A DNA stretch of 64,000 nt. Source: Mayamaea pseudoterrestris. Lineage: Eukaryota. The notes beneath the pieces were generated by a model. The model did no database searches and was not told the origin of the DNA. It saw nothing but the letters and a program-made list of their open reading frames with translations. This document shows positions 1-11,147 of this stretch, piece after piece; positions within the stretch are counted from its first letter, which is position 1, and the number at the start of each line of letters is the position of its first letter. The position numbers and the translations under genes are program-made. The stretch covers positions 930,001 to 994,000 of the forward strand of contig BROI01000007.1 of assembly GCA_027923505.1 (NCBI GenBank), given 5' to 3'.

Positions 1-399
1 CCCAAGGATGGAGAAATTGCTGCTGCACCCATTGATGATGGAGAGGGCGAGAAAGAAAAGAAGAAGAAAAAGAAGAAACTCAAGGATGATGAAGAAGTCG
101 CTCCAGTTGCTGACGAGGGCGATGGCGAAAAGAAGAAGAAAAAGAAGAAGGCCAAGGACGGCGAGGACGCAGCAGCACCCACTGAAGACGGCGAAGGCGA
201 AAAGGAGAAGAAAAAGAAGAAGTCCAAGGACGGCGAGGACGCAGCAGCACCCACTGAAGATGGCGACGGCGAAAAGGAGAAGAAAAAGAAAAAGAAGAAA
301 GTAAAGGAAGGCGAGGAGGAAGCTGCTGTTGAAGCTGGGGATGAGAAGGAGAAGAAGAAAAAGAAGAAGGTCAAGAAGAAGGAAAGCGACGACGAATGA
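1..399 (+). CDS. 3' end of a gene with a Lys/Glu/Asp-rich (KKE/D) tail, as in nucleolar Nop56/Nop58/Cbf5-type proteins (partial)
   Basis: Frame 1 is open from base 1 (PKDGEIAAAP...EKEKKKKKKK...KKKESDDE) to TGA at 397-399. The track ORF 8..304 is an off-frame shadow. Confidence 0.6.
   Translation, partial: PKDGEIAAAPIDDGEGEKEKKKKKKKLKDDEEVAPVADEGDGEKKKKKKKAKDGEDAAAPTEDGEGEKEKKKKKSKDGEDAAAPTEDGDGEKEKKKKKKKVKEGEEEAAVEAGDEKEKKKKKKVKKKESDDE
154..300 (+). repeat. 72-bp coding tandem repeat (KDGEDAAAPTEDGxGEKEKKKKK)
   Basis: aaggacggcgaggacgcagcagcacccactgaaga occurs at 154 and 226. Confidence 0.85.
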
Positions 400-538
400 T
401 CGCCTTCATTAAAGTGTTCTAGATTATTACTTTGTTAACGTGACAATTAGTAATAAGGTAGAGTGCTATTGTGAATGTAAAGTCGAGTCAGTGTATAGGC
501 CCATACAACGGCGTTGGATATACAATGATGCATGTCTA

Positions 539-1852
539 CTACGAGTCAAACAGAGCCTTGCCCCATGCATCCGCAACTTCGCCGAGCAAAGCTTTATCAA
601 TCTCCGTACCCAGCCAGTGCGTACCAATGTGATCAAAATGGGTGACTTTGGCCGAATGTTCCTTCAGCTTGGCGAGAAGATCCAAACACTCATCCATCAA
701 CGGGTCGGCGCGATTTGTCGACAGAATAAACTGTGGAGCGTCGGGACCATTTAAACCCATTGGCAAGTCTATCTGAGGCGTAATGAGACGCTCCATTGAC
801 GATCCCTTCCACTTGCACTCGTTCCATGTGGTTCTGTTCGAGTCAATGCCCAGTATCTCCGACCTGGACAAGGTCGCTTCCGATTCTGGTTTCTTGTCCT
901 TGCTTGGCAGCAGCTCCAAGTATGCTTGCCATCCCCATCGAAGAAAGCCAGTGGTCGGCAAGTGAGACGATTTCTGGTTCATGTAGTAGCTGAGCGAGTC
1001 TCCTTTCGGGTCAATGTAGGCAGTACCAATGAATGCCGACGCAATGCGACCTGGGTACTTTCGGACGCACTCCATGGCTACAATGGCTGACAGCGACCCG
1101 CCCGCAGACAAGCCCGAAAGATGAATCTTTCTATCTGGACATTGATCCAAAATGTAGGAAACAACTGTCAAGGCATCCTCGGGAGCAGCTGGAAAGGGAA
1201 ACTCTGGTGCCAGTCTGTACTCAACGCTGGCGAGTATCAGTGGCTTGTTGTGCTTCTCCAACATTGCCGGAACAAGCGTCACCCAGCCAGAGCAAGCTTC
1301 ACCAAGAACAAAGGCACCACCATGAAAGAAAATGGTGAGCGGAATATCTGGTGGCAGGATTAAAAGATTTTCTAGTACGACCTTTCGGAATCCATGCTCG
1401 GTTTCTTCCTGAATGGTGACGCCACTTTCGATGCCCTCCAAAATAGACATCGGAAAGAAGAGATGAACATCAATGCCAGACTCGGTCGATATCTTGCTCG
1501 ACGGTCCGTCGAATCCCCACTCTTTGAGAGTATTTGGATTTCGCGGCACTTGCAAGATAACATGAGCAATTTCACATTCCGCCGCCTTGCTCCAAGCCTT
1601 GGAACAGGCTGCCATTCCCATTTGCAGTGCCTTGGTGGCAAAACCACCAGACCTTGCCTTTAGCAGTACATCATTTGGTTCATGGGCCGAATAGTTGACT
1701 AGTTTGTGAATGGGAAGCAAAAAGGAAACCAAGTAGGAAGCAATAAAGTCGGTCCATGATTGGGCCGGGTGGCGCCACGCGCTGTGAGGCGCAGGGAGTG
1801 GCTCATCGTTATCCTTCACTTCTTGGTTGCTATTGTTGATGTAGGTAGACAT
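539..1852 (-). CDS. Alpha/beta hydrolase, hormone-sensitive-lipase/carboxylesterase family
   Basis: FFHGGAF oxyanion motif, EYRLAPE.PFPAA, GLSAGG nucleophile elbow, DPL and late His. Likely start is MSTYIN at 1852. Confidence 0.85.
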   Translation of the reverse strand: MSTYINNSNQEVKDNDEPLPAPHSAWRHPAQSWTDFIASYLVSFLLPIHKLVNYSAHEPNDVLLKARSGGFATKALQMGMAACSKAWSKAAECEIAHVILQVPRNPNTLKEWGFDGPSSKISTESGIDVHLFFPMSILEGIESGVTIQEETEHGFRKVVLENLLILPPDIPLTIFFHGGAFVLGEACSGWVTLVPAMLEKHNKPLILASVEYRLAPEFPFPAAPEDALTVVSYILDQCPDRKIHLSGLSAGGSLSAIVAMECVRKYPGRIASAFIGTAYIDPKGDSLSYYMNQKSSHLPTTGFLRWGWQAYLELLPSKDKKPESEATLSRSEILGIDSNRTTWNECKWKGSSMERLITPQIDLPMGLNGPDAPQFILSTNRADPLMDECLDLLAKLKEHSAKVTHFDHIGTHWLGTEIDKALLGEVADAWGKALFDS

Positions 1853-2124
1853 GTTTCGTTTGTAAAACTGTCTTGATTGCGTTTGTTTTGCTTGCAGCTT
1901 TGGCTTGGCTGACTTGAATGGAGGGCTTTCCAATCCATGAGTTCTGCCGAAACGGGGAGCGCGCGCTTTCCCGCCACGAATATAGTCGGATCGGTATACA
2001 ATTTCGTCGCAACGGTACTCATATTTGATCGTGCATCCAGATCGACGACGAGGAGGTACCTTCTTCTCGTCATAGAATAAGCATGTTGCCATCTTCGATA
2101 CTGTTTGCAGGCTCATCATTAACA

Positions 2125-3615
2125 ATGTTAGCATTTCTGCGCAACGAGCGACGGGAACTATCGAAAGTCGTCAGTAGAAAGCGTCCGCTATCGTCGTCGT
2201 TACCGCCTGAAGAACAACCCACCAAAGAACAAGTGCTTGCCCTTCGCAAGGCGCACTTTGCAAACGCACTCAGCATTTCCTACGCCAACACGGATCCTCT
2301 CATGATTGTCAAAGGAGAAGGAGCGTGGCTCTATGACGAAAATGGCGTCGCCTATCTGGACACTCGCAATAATGTCGCCCATTGCGGACACTCGCATCCA
2401 ACCATTGTGCAAGCCATTCAGGATCAAGTCGGACTCATCAATACCAACACACGATATCTTCATCCAAATATGGCACTGCTTGCTAAAAAAATTGCATCAA
2501 AGCTACCAGAGCCACTCAATGTTGTTTACTTTTGCAACTCGGGAACTGAAGCCAACGATCTAGCGCTTCGACTGGCGCGCGTCTACTCGGGCAGTCGAAA
2601 TACCATTGTGGTCGACGGCGCCTACCATGGACATTCCTTGGCAGTCTTGCAAGTATCGCCCTACAAGTATGAGCACCGCAATAGCCAAGGAGTAACCGAG
2701 TTTCCACTTGTTCCACCGGATGGAGACTGCAACTTCGAGTCGCCAGGCACATTTATCTACAAGGTCCCATGCCCAGACGTTTATAGGGGCAAGCATCGCA
2801 ATCCTGACACTGCAGGTACATTATACGCCGCGTATGTGGAAAAGGCATGTCAATTCTACACAAATCGCGGCGAATCAGTGAGCATGATTGTAGAGGGAGG
2901 CATGTCGGTGGCTGGAGTCAAGCTCTTTCCACCAAACTACTTGGAAGCTTGCGCTCGAGCCGTGCGACAAGCTGGCGGCTTGCTGATTGTGGATGAGGTT
3001 CAGACTGGGTTTGGCCGACTTGGGTCGTCGTACTGGGCCTTTCAGCATGGCGACGCGACCGTCGTGCCGGATATAGTCACGGTTGGCAAGCCGTTCGGCA
3101 ATGGCATGCCTTTGGCTGCCGTCATTACAAGTCGGGCAGTGGCGGATCGCTTTGATGCATTGGGAATTGAGTTGTTTAATACGTTTGGAGGGAACCCAGT
3201 CTGTACCGCTGCTGGATTAGCAATGCTAAGGGTCATGGACGACGAGCAACTTCAAGAGCAAGCATTGGAAGTAGGTGACTATCTGCGAAAAAGGGTAAAC
3301 AAGCTATCATGCAGCATTGATCTCATCGGTGACGTTCGAGGGTCTGGTTTGTTTCTGGGCATTGAGCTGGTTCGGAATCGAGATGCGCCTGAACCAGCCA
3401 CACAGGAAACCTCTTTTATATGCTCGACGCTCAAGTCAAAGTTCAAGATCCTATGCAGTATTGATGGACCACATAAAAATGTTATTGTTGTCAAGCCTCC
3501 AATGGTTTTCAGTCGGGAAAATGCCGACTACTTTGTGGATTCGTTTGCAAGAGCAGCCCTGCTTTGCGCTGATGCGCAACTCGATTTGTCTACGCTGATG
3601 AAAACGCCGACATAG
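2125..3615 (+). CDS. Class III PLP aminotransferase, ethanolamine-phosphate / 5-phosphohydroxylysine phospho-lyase (AGXT2L) type
   Basis: [75 protein letters not shown]. Confidence 0.85.
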   Translation: MLAFLRNERRELSKVVSRKRPLSSSLPPEEQPTKEQVLALRKAHFANALSISYANTDPLMIVKGEGAWLYDENGVAYLDTRNNVAHCGHSHPTIVQAIQDQVGLINTNTRYLHPNMALLAKKIASKLPEPLNVVYFCNSGTEANDLALRLARVYSGSRNTIVVDGAYHGHSLAVLQVSPYKYEHRNSQGVTEFPLVPPDGDCNFESPGTFIYKVPCPDVYRGKHRNPDTAGTLYAAYVEKACQFYTNRGESVSMIVEGGMSVAGVKLFPPNYLEACARAVRQAGGLLIVDEVQTGFGRLGSSYWAFQHGDATVVPDIVTVGKPFGNGMPLAAVITSRAVADRFDALGIELFNTFGGNPVCTAAGLAMLRVMDDEQLQEQALEVGDYLRKRVNKLSCSIDLIGDVRGSGLFLGIELVRNRDAPEPATQETSFICSTLKSKFKILCSIDGPHKNVIVVKPPMVFSRENADYFVDSFARAALLCADAQLDLSTLMKTPT

Positions 3616-3884
3616 ATACAAGCGCGACTTCTGTTCATTAAATGATACTAGCGCGTTTATCGGCACTTGTACTATACTCGTAGCCTGATGTCCCCTAGTA
3701 AAGAATGAGCCGATACCGGTAGCTGCGTAGAAATCTTTGTTAGATGTCGCAACGTGACTGAAAGATGAGCGCGCGTGTACGTACGTCATTCGCCGCGAAG
3801 ATTTGCGCTCGTTTCCAAGCACCATGGCCCTCCCTGCTTTGTCCAATAGTCTCGTATCCAAGCGTCTCCGGCACCGTTCGCAAG

Positions 3885-4730
3885 ATGCGTCTATCAGCAG
3901 CAGTGGCCTTACTACTAGCGACCTCCGCTGAAGCTTTCCAACCAGCCTTTCTTTCCAGACAGACAACAAGCAGCAGCGCCCTCGCCATGTCGACCAAAAT
4001 GTCGCAGGATGAACTCAAGAAACTTGTAGGATACAAGGCTGTCGACGACTACGTCAAGTCTGGCATGGTGATTGGCCTTGGAACTGGTTCTACTGCATAC
4101 TTCGCCGTGGAACGAGTTGGAGAAAAGCTCAAGTCCGGCGAGCTTACCGATATTTTAGCCATTCCAACGTCCGTCCGAACCAAGGAGCAGGCCGAAACCC
4201 TTGGCATTCCGCTTGTTACACTTGACACGCACAGCAAGCTTGATGTCGCCATTGATGGTGCGGATGACGTTGACGACGAGCTCAATCTTACCAAGGGTGG
4301 TGGAGGAGCTCTTTTCCGCGAAAAGATTGTCGAAAACTGCGCCACCAAATTCATTGTCATTGTGGACGAATCCAAAATTGGCAAGGGCCTTGGACCTGCC
4401 TTTCCGATTCCCGTCGAGATTGTTCCCTTTTGCCATGAACACACCATGCGAGTCATTGCCGACCTTCCAAGCTGCAAGGGAAAGTGCAAGCCTATTCTCC
4501 GCCTCGGCTCGGCGGCCAACAACCAGGTCGACGGCGAGAACCCAGCGGTGACGGACAATTCAAACTACATTGTTGATCTTCATTTCGAAGATCCCATTAA
4601 GGATCCTGCGCAACTTGGACGGGAACTTAAGAATGTTGTTGGAGTTGTTGAGCATGGTCTCTTTTGCGGTATGGCTTCGGCCGTGATTATCGCATCAAGC
4701 GATGGTATCTCTGTCAAGGAAGCCAAATAG
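3885..4730 (+). CDS. rpiA: Ribose-5-phosphate isomerase A, plastid-targeted
   Basis: GLGTGSTA, DGADDVD, KGGGGAL, GVVEHGLF motifs. Signal peptide ends AEA-FQP (diatom ASAFAP-like). Confidence 0.95.
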   Translation: MRLSAAVALLLATSAEAFQPAFLSRQTTSSSALAMSTKMSQDELKKLVGYKAVDDYVKSGMVIGLGTGSTAYFAVERVGEKLKSGELTDILAIPTSVRTKEQAETLGIPLVTLDTHSKLDVAIDGADDVDDELNLTKGGGGALFREKIVENCATKFIVIVDESKIGKGLGPAFPIPVEIVPFCHEHTMRVIADLPSCKGKCKPILRLGSAANNQVDGENPAVTDNSNYIVDLHFEDPIKDPAQLGRELKNVVGVVEHGLFCGMASAVIIASSDGISVKEAK

Positions 4731-4907
4731 GCGATGAAATAGAAATCTTCCTGTATACACGTCTTTATGTATGAGATATATGAAGCCATCTTATACCATG
4801 GCAAGCTACAAGTAGCTCCCGAGCGCCAGTACGACCTCGGAACACATTCTGATCGATATCCATCGAATGGGTGGATCGACCATCACTGTCAATTCTTCGA
4901 AACGATA

Positions 4908-5519
4908 ATGAACCTGTTGCATGTAGTCTTGCTCGCTAAAGGCTTGAAATATTCGTCTCCAGCAGTAGCAAAACGTTCCATAGTCATGTCTGCAAGCGAA
5001 TGGAAGAGTAAAGCTCCATACCGCGCGGAATTCGGCTCAGCCGATGACGCCAATGACACGTACAAGGCGACTTGTTTCTGTGGTCGGGTTGCTTACGAAG
5101 TAAGGGGAGATCCAGTGGACTCGAAGTTGTGTCATTGCCAAGATTGTCAAGTTTTACATGGAGCTCCCTTTGAGTGGGTGTCATTGTTTGAGAAGGATCA
5201 TGTTCGCTTTCAACCGTCGTCGCTTGACTACCTCCACTTTTACAACACCAAACTCGACAAAAGTTGGACAAGTGAAGAGGCACAGGATCGGCAGCTTCCT
5301 GTCAAAGTTCGCTGTCGCCACTGCGGAACTCCGGTGGCGGATGAAGGTCGAAGCATGTGGCTTGGCTACACCACATTGTTTCGCTTTCGCGAGCATGACA
5401 TTCCGAGCACTTTTCGGCATTCCTGTCATATGTTTTATGCTCAAAGGTGCATTAACATGAATGACACCAAAACAAAGTGGGTAGGTGACAAGGACAACTC
5501 ATCGGAATGGCTTGACTAG
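4908..5519 (+). CDS. GFA (glutathione-dependent formaldehyde-activating/Mss4-like) Zn protein, copy 1
   Basis: TCFCG, CHCQDC and CRHCGTP motifs. Start is either 4908 or 4986. Confidence 0.85.
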   Translation: MNLLHVVLLAKGLKYSSPAVAKRSIVMSASEWKSKAPYRAEFGSADDANDTYKATCFCGRVAYEVRGDPVDSKLCHCQDCQVLHGAPFEWVSLFEKDHVRFQPSSLDYLHFYNTKLDKSWTSEEAQDRQLPVKVRCRHCGTPVADEGRSMWLGYTTLFRFREHDIPSTFRHSCHMFYAQRCINMNDTKTKWVGDKDNSSEWLD

Positions 5520-5820
5520 ATAATATGGTACACATGATATGGCCAAAATAGCTGGATCTTTATACTCTTTAAGAAAGCTCTGCAGACGACATCAGAAGGT
5601 ATTACGTGCATCGTGTTCAGAAAATAGTGACGGCGAACGGATATAATAAGCGAACGTATCTGCTTGCGAACAAATAGCTAATTGCCTATGCATCGAACTC
5701 CATTGACATGTTGGTTCGCTCGCGGTAAAGTTCCAAGATGAGATTTGCGCTCGCAGGCTACACATCCATCCTCTGCTCCTCTTACTCAGGGAGTAAGAAT
5801 TAAGCTGTCAAACAATCAAT

Positions 5821-6354
5821 ATGTCAAACAACAATTGGAGAAGCAAAGCGCCTTATCATCCCGATTTCGGGATCCGCTTCAGCGACGATCCCATCTACAA
5901 AGCAACCTGTCATTGCGGTCGAGTCTCGTATGAAGTCCAAGGCGAACCCATGGACTCGAAACTCGTGGAATGTGAAGATTGTCATGATTTACCGCAGAAG
6001 GAATGGGTCTCGATATTCGAAATGGAGAATGTTCGATTCAGGCCCGAGTCTCTCGACAACCTTTACTTTTTCAGTTTCAAATTGGACAAGGGCTGGACGA
6101 GCGCTGAAGCGGAGCAGCGAGAACTTCCAGTCAGAGTTACCTGTGCCCACTGCCGCACGCCCGTAGCTGATGAAGGGCGTAGAATGTTTTTAGCGTTTAC
6201 AAGCTTGTTTAAGTTTCAAGAGGATAAAATCCCACGCACCTTTCATCAGTCCGGGCACTTGTTCGATGGGACGCGCGTGGCAGAAAAAGAAAAGTTGGAA
6301 GGACGCTTGCACCAACAGAAGAAATGGGCTGACAGCAAGGCTGGTTCAGAGTAG
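5821..6354 (+). CDS. GFA-domain protein, copy 2 (tandem paralogue, degenerate)
   Basis: Collinear similarity to copy 1 (WRSKAPY, YKATCHCGRV, CAHCRTPVADEGR), but CHCxxC is replaced by VECEDC. Confidence 0.8.
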   Translation: MSNNNWRSKAPYHPDFGIRFSDDPIYKATCHCGRVSYEVQGEPMDSKLVECEDCHDLPQKEWVSIFEMENVRFRPESLDNLYFFSFKLDKGWTSAEAEQRELPVRVTCAHCRTPVADEGRRMFLAFTSLFKFQEDKIPRTFHQSGHLFDGTRVAEKEKLEGRLHQQKKWADSKAGSE

Positions 6355-6653
6355 GAATTTGTCATGTTCACCAGTCCATCGTTTATTCCTCATGTGGCTT
6401 ACCGCTGGGTTTCATAAGGCTAAATTAGGATTCTGTTCCTACTATCCCATCATGATAGCTGCTCAAGTTTGCCTTTTCTCGTGTGACTCGTTAAAGCTGC
6501 ACCTTGGATAAGCTCTGGATACTCGAACACTACGACTATGCGCCGAAGTTGATGAGAGGTAGCTGATCACACACTGCGACATGCATTCCGTCCAACCGAA
6601 ACGGTTTGTCGTTCACATCATTTCCTTGAAGCTTTTGTTGTATTATCTGTACA

Positions 6654-7561
6654 ATGGCTTCACCCAAAATTGCAACGTTTACCACGACCATGGGGTCGTT
6701 CAAGGCTGAGTTATACGTCGACAAGCTTCCCATTACATGCGGCAGCTTCATATCATTGGCCAGTACGTAAGATTTTGGCTCTCCAAAAAGCTATTCATTC
6801 TTTGCAAGGATCTGTTTCTAACGATATACGCTTCTTAATTCATAGATAGTGGCTTTTACGATGGCATTCATTTTCATCGAGTAATTCCTGGGTACGTTTG
6901 AGAGGTGCCGATTGCATTGTGCAGCACGTAAGGTTCTTCATAATTTCTCGACATTGCTAATGGTTGTTATTTTCTTGAAGCTTTATGAACCAATTCGGTT
7001 GTCCACATGCGAAAGATCCCAACAGTCCCAAAGCAGGAACAGGAGGCCCTCCGCCTAATTCAGCGTTCCAGGGATGCGATGGCAAGGTATGTGCGGTGTA
7101 GCGTTGTAGACAATGTTTTACTATGCTTCTCTCGCCAACTTTATTGATTGCTTGTCATCGAAACTTTAGCAATACAAGCGCAACGCTGACGGCGGTATTC
7201 CAGATGAATTGACCGAAAAAATTAGCAACAGCGCTGGAACACTGAGCATGGCCAACACTGGACAGCCAGAGAGTGGTGGCTCGCAAATTTTTATCAATGT
7301 GGAAGGTACGTGGTAGTCTATACGATGCGCCAAAGACGAACGATTGTATTGTGTCTCTTGTCATTCTAACGTTACACTTGATCGCTTTTGTACACAGATA
7401 ATAGCTTTCTGGATTGGTTCGATAAAAGCTCCGAGTCCGCGCATCCAGTCTTTGGGCGCATCATTGAGAACTACGACTTGGTCGTCAAGATTTCCAACGT
7501 GCCGACGCGTAACGACAATCCTGTGACGCCCGTCAAGGTGACCTCTGTTCGAGTAGAATAA
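6654..7561 (+). CDS. Cyclophilin-type peptidyl-prolyl isomerase, 5 exons
   Basis: GT-AG introns at 6763-6845, 6892-6980, 7087-7169 and 7306-7397 give [72 protein letters not shown]. Confidence 0.92.
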
Positions 7562-7637
7562 AAATGTGATAGACAATGGATGATTACAAAGTACGTTAGA
7601 GCTGCGTTGTTTACGCGACGCAATGGTTTTTTAAATC

Positions 7638-8255
7638 TTAAAACCACACAAAGTAAATGACAAGACACGTCACCACCATTCCGGCGGCTACCAAGTAAGC
7701 ATCTGTAATATCTCGTCGTTCAATGATTCGCATAGTCGCTTGAGAAAGCCCCAGTCGGTTGCCAATGTCGCCCAAAACTCCTTTGATGCCTCGTAGTCGA
7801 TTGCGTTGATCGACCAGTCCACCCAAACTAGCTTCGCCCTGCGCAATCAAGCCAAACACCATGCTCGTCGATTGTTCCAGTGATCGAGATTCTTCAGACA
7901 GATTTTGCAAATCTCCTTGATTCTCATGCTGCAGTACGTTTCGTCGTCGCAGCAGCTCCTGTCGCTCGCGCTGATACATGGATTGGTGGTGCGTCTTTTG
8001 CCAAACGTTTCCTTGTTCCTGCAGCGACGCACATTCCTGCCGCAATTCTGTAATCTTTCGCTTCCATACTTGACGCTGTGTTGCAGTCTCTTTGAAAACG
8101 AGTTGCTCCATTGTGTCGAGCTGGCGATTCAATTCTTCAAGGACCATGAAGAGTTCACTCGGCGGTGCCTGATTGGCTTGGATTTGCGCGAGTTGCTGTC
8201 GAGCATCGTATGCCAATTTGCGGCATTTTGGAAAAAGCTCCGCTATGGATGTCAT
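7638..8255 (-). CDS. Qb-SNARE, membrin/GOSR2/Bos1 type
   Basis: Helical N-domain, SNARE motif (LVDQRNRL..DIGNRLGLSQATMRIIERR) and a C-terminal TM anchor. Confidence 0.85.
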   Translation of the reverse strand: MTSIAELFPKCRKLAYDARQQLAQIQANQAPPSELFMVLEELNRQLDTMEQLVFKETATQRQVWKRKITELRQECASLQEQGNVWQKTHHQSMYQRERQELLRRRNVLQHENQGDLQNLSEESRSLEQSTSMVFGLIAQGEASLGGLVDQRNRLRGIKGVLGDIGNRLGLSQATMRIIERRDITDAYLVAAGMVVTCLVIYFVWF

Positions 8256-8525
8256 TATAGGACTTAAAGTGGTGGTAAGGCGACGAGGAGTGTGTTACAC
8301 GCCATGGATCATGATGATGTTCGTGGCGACAGCGACATGACGGTTGCGCGAGAATGTGTCGCACCGAATACCGATAAGACCCGATCTACACTCACAGGCA
8401 ATAACGATACCGTTACACCTTTCGCTTGATCTACAACCACCTATAACCTACAGATACATTCAGGTTTCATGCTCAGCCATATGACATACAAAAAGATTAA
8501 TCTATGAATAAAATGACGAGCCATT

Positions 8526-9629
8526 TTAGGTCTGCGACAAAATTTGCGCCACCAACCGAGCGCGCACAATCTTGATCTGCTCTTGAAGCAAGAGCTGCGT
8601 CTCCAAATCGTGCACTTGATGTTGCTGGTGATGGTGTTGATGGTGATGCTGCTGCTCGGCGTGCTGCAACAAAAGTGGTCGCACCAGCTGCGCAAGCTGC
8701 GCCTCGGTGAGTTGACTCGTCTGTTGCTGGGGAGCCTGCTGGCCCAATAGACCATTCATGTTTGGAGCGCCCATGCTATTTTGGTAGCACTGACGCTGCA
8801 ATAGCTCCAATGCCGTCATTCGTGGAGCTGCTTGATTGAGAAATGATCCAGTGCTTTCGGCCGATGACGAGACAATGGAGGAGGCGCTCTGCAGGCTTGG
8901 ACTAACCAATGGCGCACCACGACCATACTCATTGCTACTATGAGCAGCATTGAGTGGCAATGGCTGCATCATGTAAAAGTTTGGTTCCGTTTCCGGAGAG
9001 TTTCGCTTGCGGCCCTTTTGGACAGGACCGGTAAGCTTGACTCGCTCCATGCGGTCCGCCAGAAAGCACTTGCCTCGGAGAAAGAGCTCATGCCAGTAAG
9101 CACCCTTGTCTCGCCCGCTTGTTATTCTCTTAAACCCATAGAGATTAATTTGTCTGCGAAAGGAACTGTAACCTGTCTGACGGAACCATCTGTAGAGTAA
9201 AGCAAGGAAGAAGTAGATCAATGAGTTCCGCTGTCGTAAAAACGGGCAGCAAGCTCCACGAGTAGCCATCAGGGTCACTTACTTTGGAATAATTTCCGAC
9301 ACAAACTTGTCTTGCTTGTGAACATGAAAGGCACGACCATGCGGACTCCATCCAATGATGTCGCTTCTTCCATCCTTCTCTAGCTCCGACAGCAAAATGT
9401 GGAGCTTGACTGGAAAGAACTGCTCCATTGACTTGCGGCCGGCTTCGTCGGCGCAAAACGAGGAGACCGCATCCGGGACACACGAGTAATCCGTATATTG
9501 CGGCACAACGCTGCTGCTTGTCGCTTGGGTTTGGGCAGGTGGTTGCCACGGGATGGAGGAGGGATTCATTGTGAGGAGCATCGAAGTTTTGTCGTGGCAA
9601 AGTGAGCTTTGCTGCGCGTTTTGTGGCAT
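8526..9629 (-). CDS. Heat-shock transcription factor (diatom type), 2 exons
   Basis: FPVKLH..IIGWSPHGRAF..IIPK|WFRQTGYSSFRRQINLYGF..YWHELFLRG, with intron 9190-9282 and a Q/H-rich tail. Start codon uncertain (9629 or 9581). Confidence 0.9.
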
Positions 9630-9780
9630 CGATGTTTTGGAAGCGGGTTCCTTTGTCCTCGGGGAAATTGCGCTCCCGAGACTCCTCACGGTCGACTCCG
9701 ACCCTCCACATCTTGAATTGACCTATCATTATACCCATCGTAGGTTTTGAGGGCTTTAAAAAACCACGTCGGTCTTGCAT

Positions 9781-9790
9781 TTTATATAAG
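9781..9790 (-). promoter_or_regulatory. TATA-like box upstream of HSF
   Basis: CTTATATAAA on the minus strand about 150 bp upstream of the CDS. Confidence 0.4.
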
Positions 9791-10310
9791 CCGGTGACGC
9801 AGCTAAAGTTTCCATTGAAGACGCGATCCCATTTCTGTCGTCACGAGTTGAACCATGGCGCGGTTAAAATTGTCGACTCCGACCAGAAAAGGAAAGTGCC
9901 GACCTCGTGGTTCGCGTCAAACAGAAGCCGGGCAATTGCCCTCAAGAACGAGACTCCGATCGTGCCAGCCTGAAACGTCACGGCTGCGTGGCAAGCCCGT
10001 GCGTCAGTGACAGGTCGGGCTCTAGCTATCCCTTGTCAGACAATAATGATAGTGAAGGGTCTTTGCAATCCTTATAAAATTGCAAAGGAAGATTGCCGGC
10101 AAGCGATTCAATGTGGGAGAACAAGTCTTTCTAGTAAAAGGGGCTTAGAATATTGACGAAACTGATCGTCACTTGTGTACGTGAGGGAACTCATGAAGGA
10201 AGATCTGGAACTCAAACCGATCAGAACATGCAAAAGCTATTACATCTGTTATGCAGAGTTGTAATTAAAATATGCGAAGCATTCAAGCAGCTAATCTCAT
10301 GAACAGCGGT

Positions 10311-11147
10311 CTATAAGTCATCATCCATCGTCATGGAGGAATCGCCAGAGCTGGAGTGCTGCATTTCATCATTTTCAATAGACCAAAAGGACGACTGCTT
10401 CTGCAACAAGTGCGGACCAACCGGAAAATGCCCCGCAGTATCAATGGATGTAGCGTTTTTAAAGGGGGATGATGCTGCTGTTGCTGTTGCTGAATCATCG
10501 TGATGGTAACTGCAATGGTGGCTGCTGTTGCCATGCAGATGAAAGCTATGCTGACTATGACTACTGCAATCCTCCAAGTGATGCATCCTCCGTCGCACCG
10601 ACCGCTCCATTTCAAGCTCCTCCGAATCATCCGCTGCTTCCACTGCCGCCAGTTCCGTAATGGCGACTGCGGCAAACTGATCCGTCGCGTCCTCCAAGTG
10701 CCGCTGGTGCGAGCCCGACGACTCGGCCCGTCCCAGTCGACACCTCTTTTTGGCGGAGCTTCCCGTTCGTTCCGGTGGTTTCTGCAACGGTGGAACGAAA
10801 CTGTCGTCCGAGTGCTGATCGTAAAAGTAGTTTGTCGTTTCAATGCAGCTTTGTGTGAGGGCGCAGGCGAAGCCAATGGCGCCTCGCCGACTCATGGTGC
10901 GCTTCAAGTTACTTCGATGCTGTGCTGCACTATCGGTGTATCCATATTGCGCGTCATCATTGTCATAAGACCATGCGTCGGCTGCTGAGGGTGAGACAAT
11001 AGAGTTGTTGTCGAGTGCTTGCTGTTGATGGTGATGCGGTTGCTGCGGTTGCTGGTGGCGCAACTCCTGTCGGCGCTGTAAAACATAGTCAAACAAGGAT
11101 TGGCTATTGCGACTTGACGAGTCGGTGCTCTTGAACCGAGAGCCCAT
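10311..11147 (-). CDS. Hypothetical low-complexity (S/Q/H-rich) disordered protein
   Basis: 278-aa ORF with an ATG start. No recognised domain. Confidence 0.6.
   Translation of the reverse strand: MGSRFKSTDSSSRNSQSLFDYVLQRRQELRHQQPQQPHHHQQQALDNNSIVSPSAADAWSYDNDDAQYGYTDSAAQHRSNLKRTMSRRGAIGFACALTQSCIETTNYFYDQHSDDSFVPPLQKPPERTGSSAKKRCRLGRAESSGSHQRHLEDATDQFAAVAITELAAVEAADDSEELEMERSVRRRMHHLEDCSSHSQHSFHLHGNSSHHCSYHHDDSATATAASSPFKNATSIDTAGHFPVGPHLLQKQSSFWSIENDEMQHSSSGDSSMTMDDDL

Noticed and set aside
8..304. Arg-rich 98-aa ORF
   Set aside because: Off-frame shadow of the Lys-rich frame-1 tail.
1853..2134. 5' extension of the hydrolase ORF overlapping the aminotransferase ORF
   Set aside because: Non-homologous sequence across a divergent promoter. 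Downstream ATGs at 1852 and 2125 fit better.
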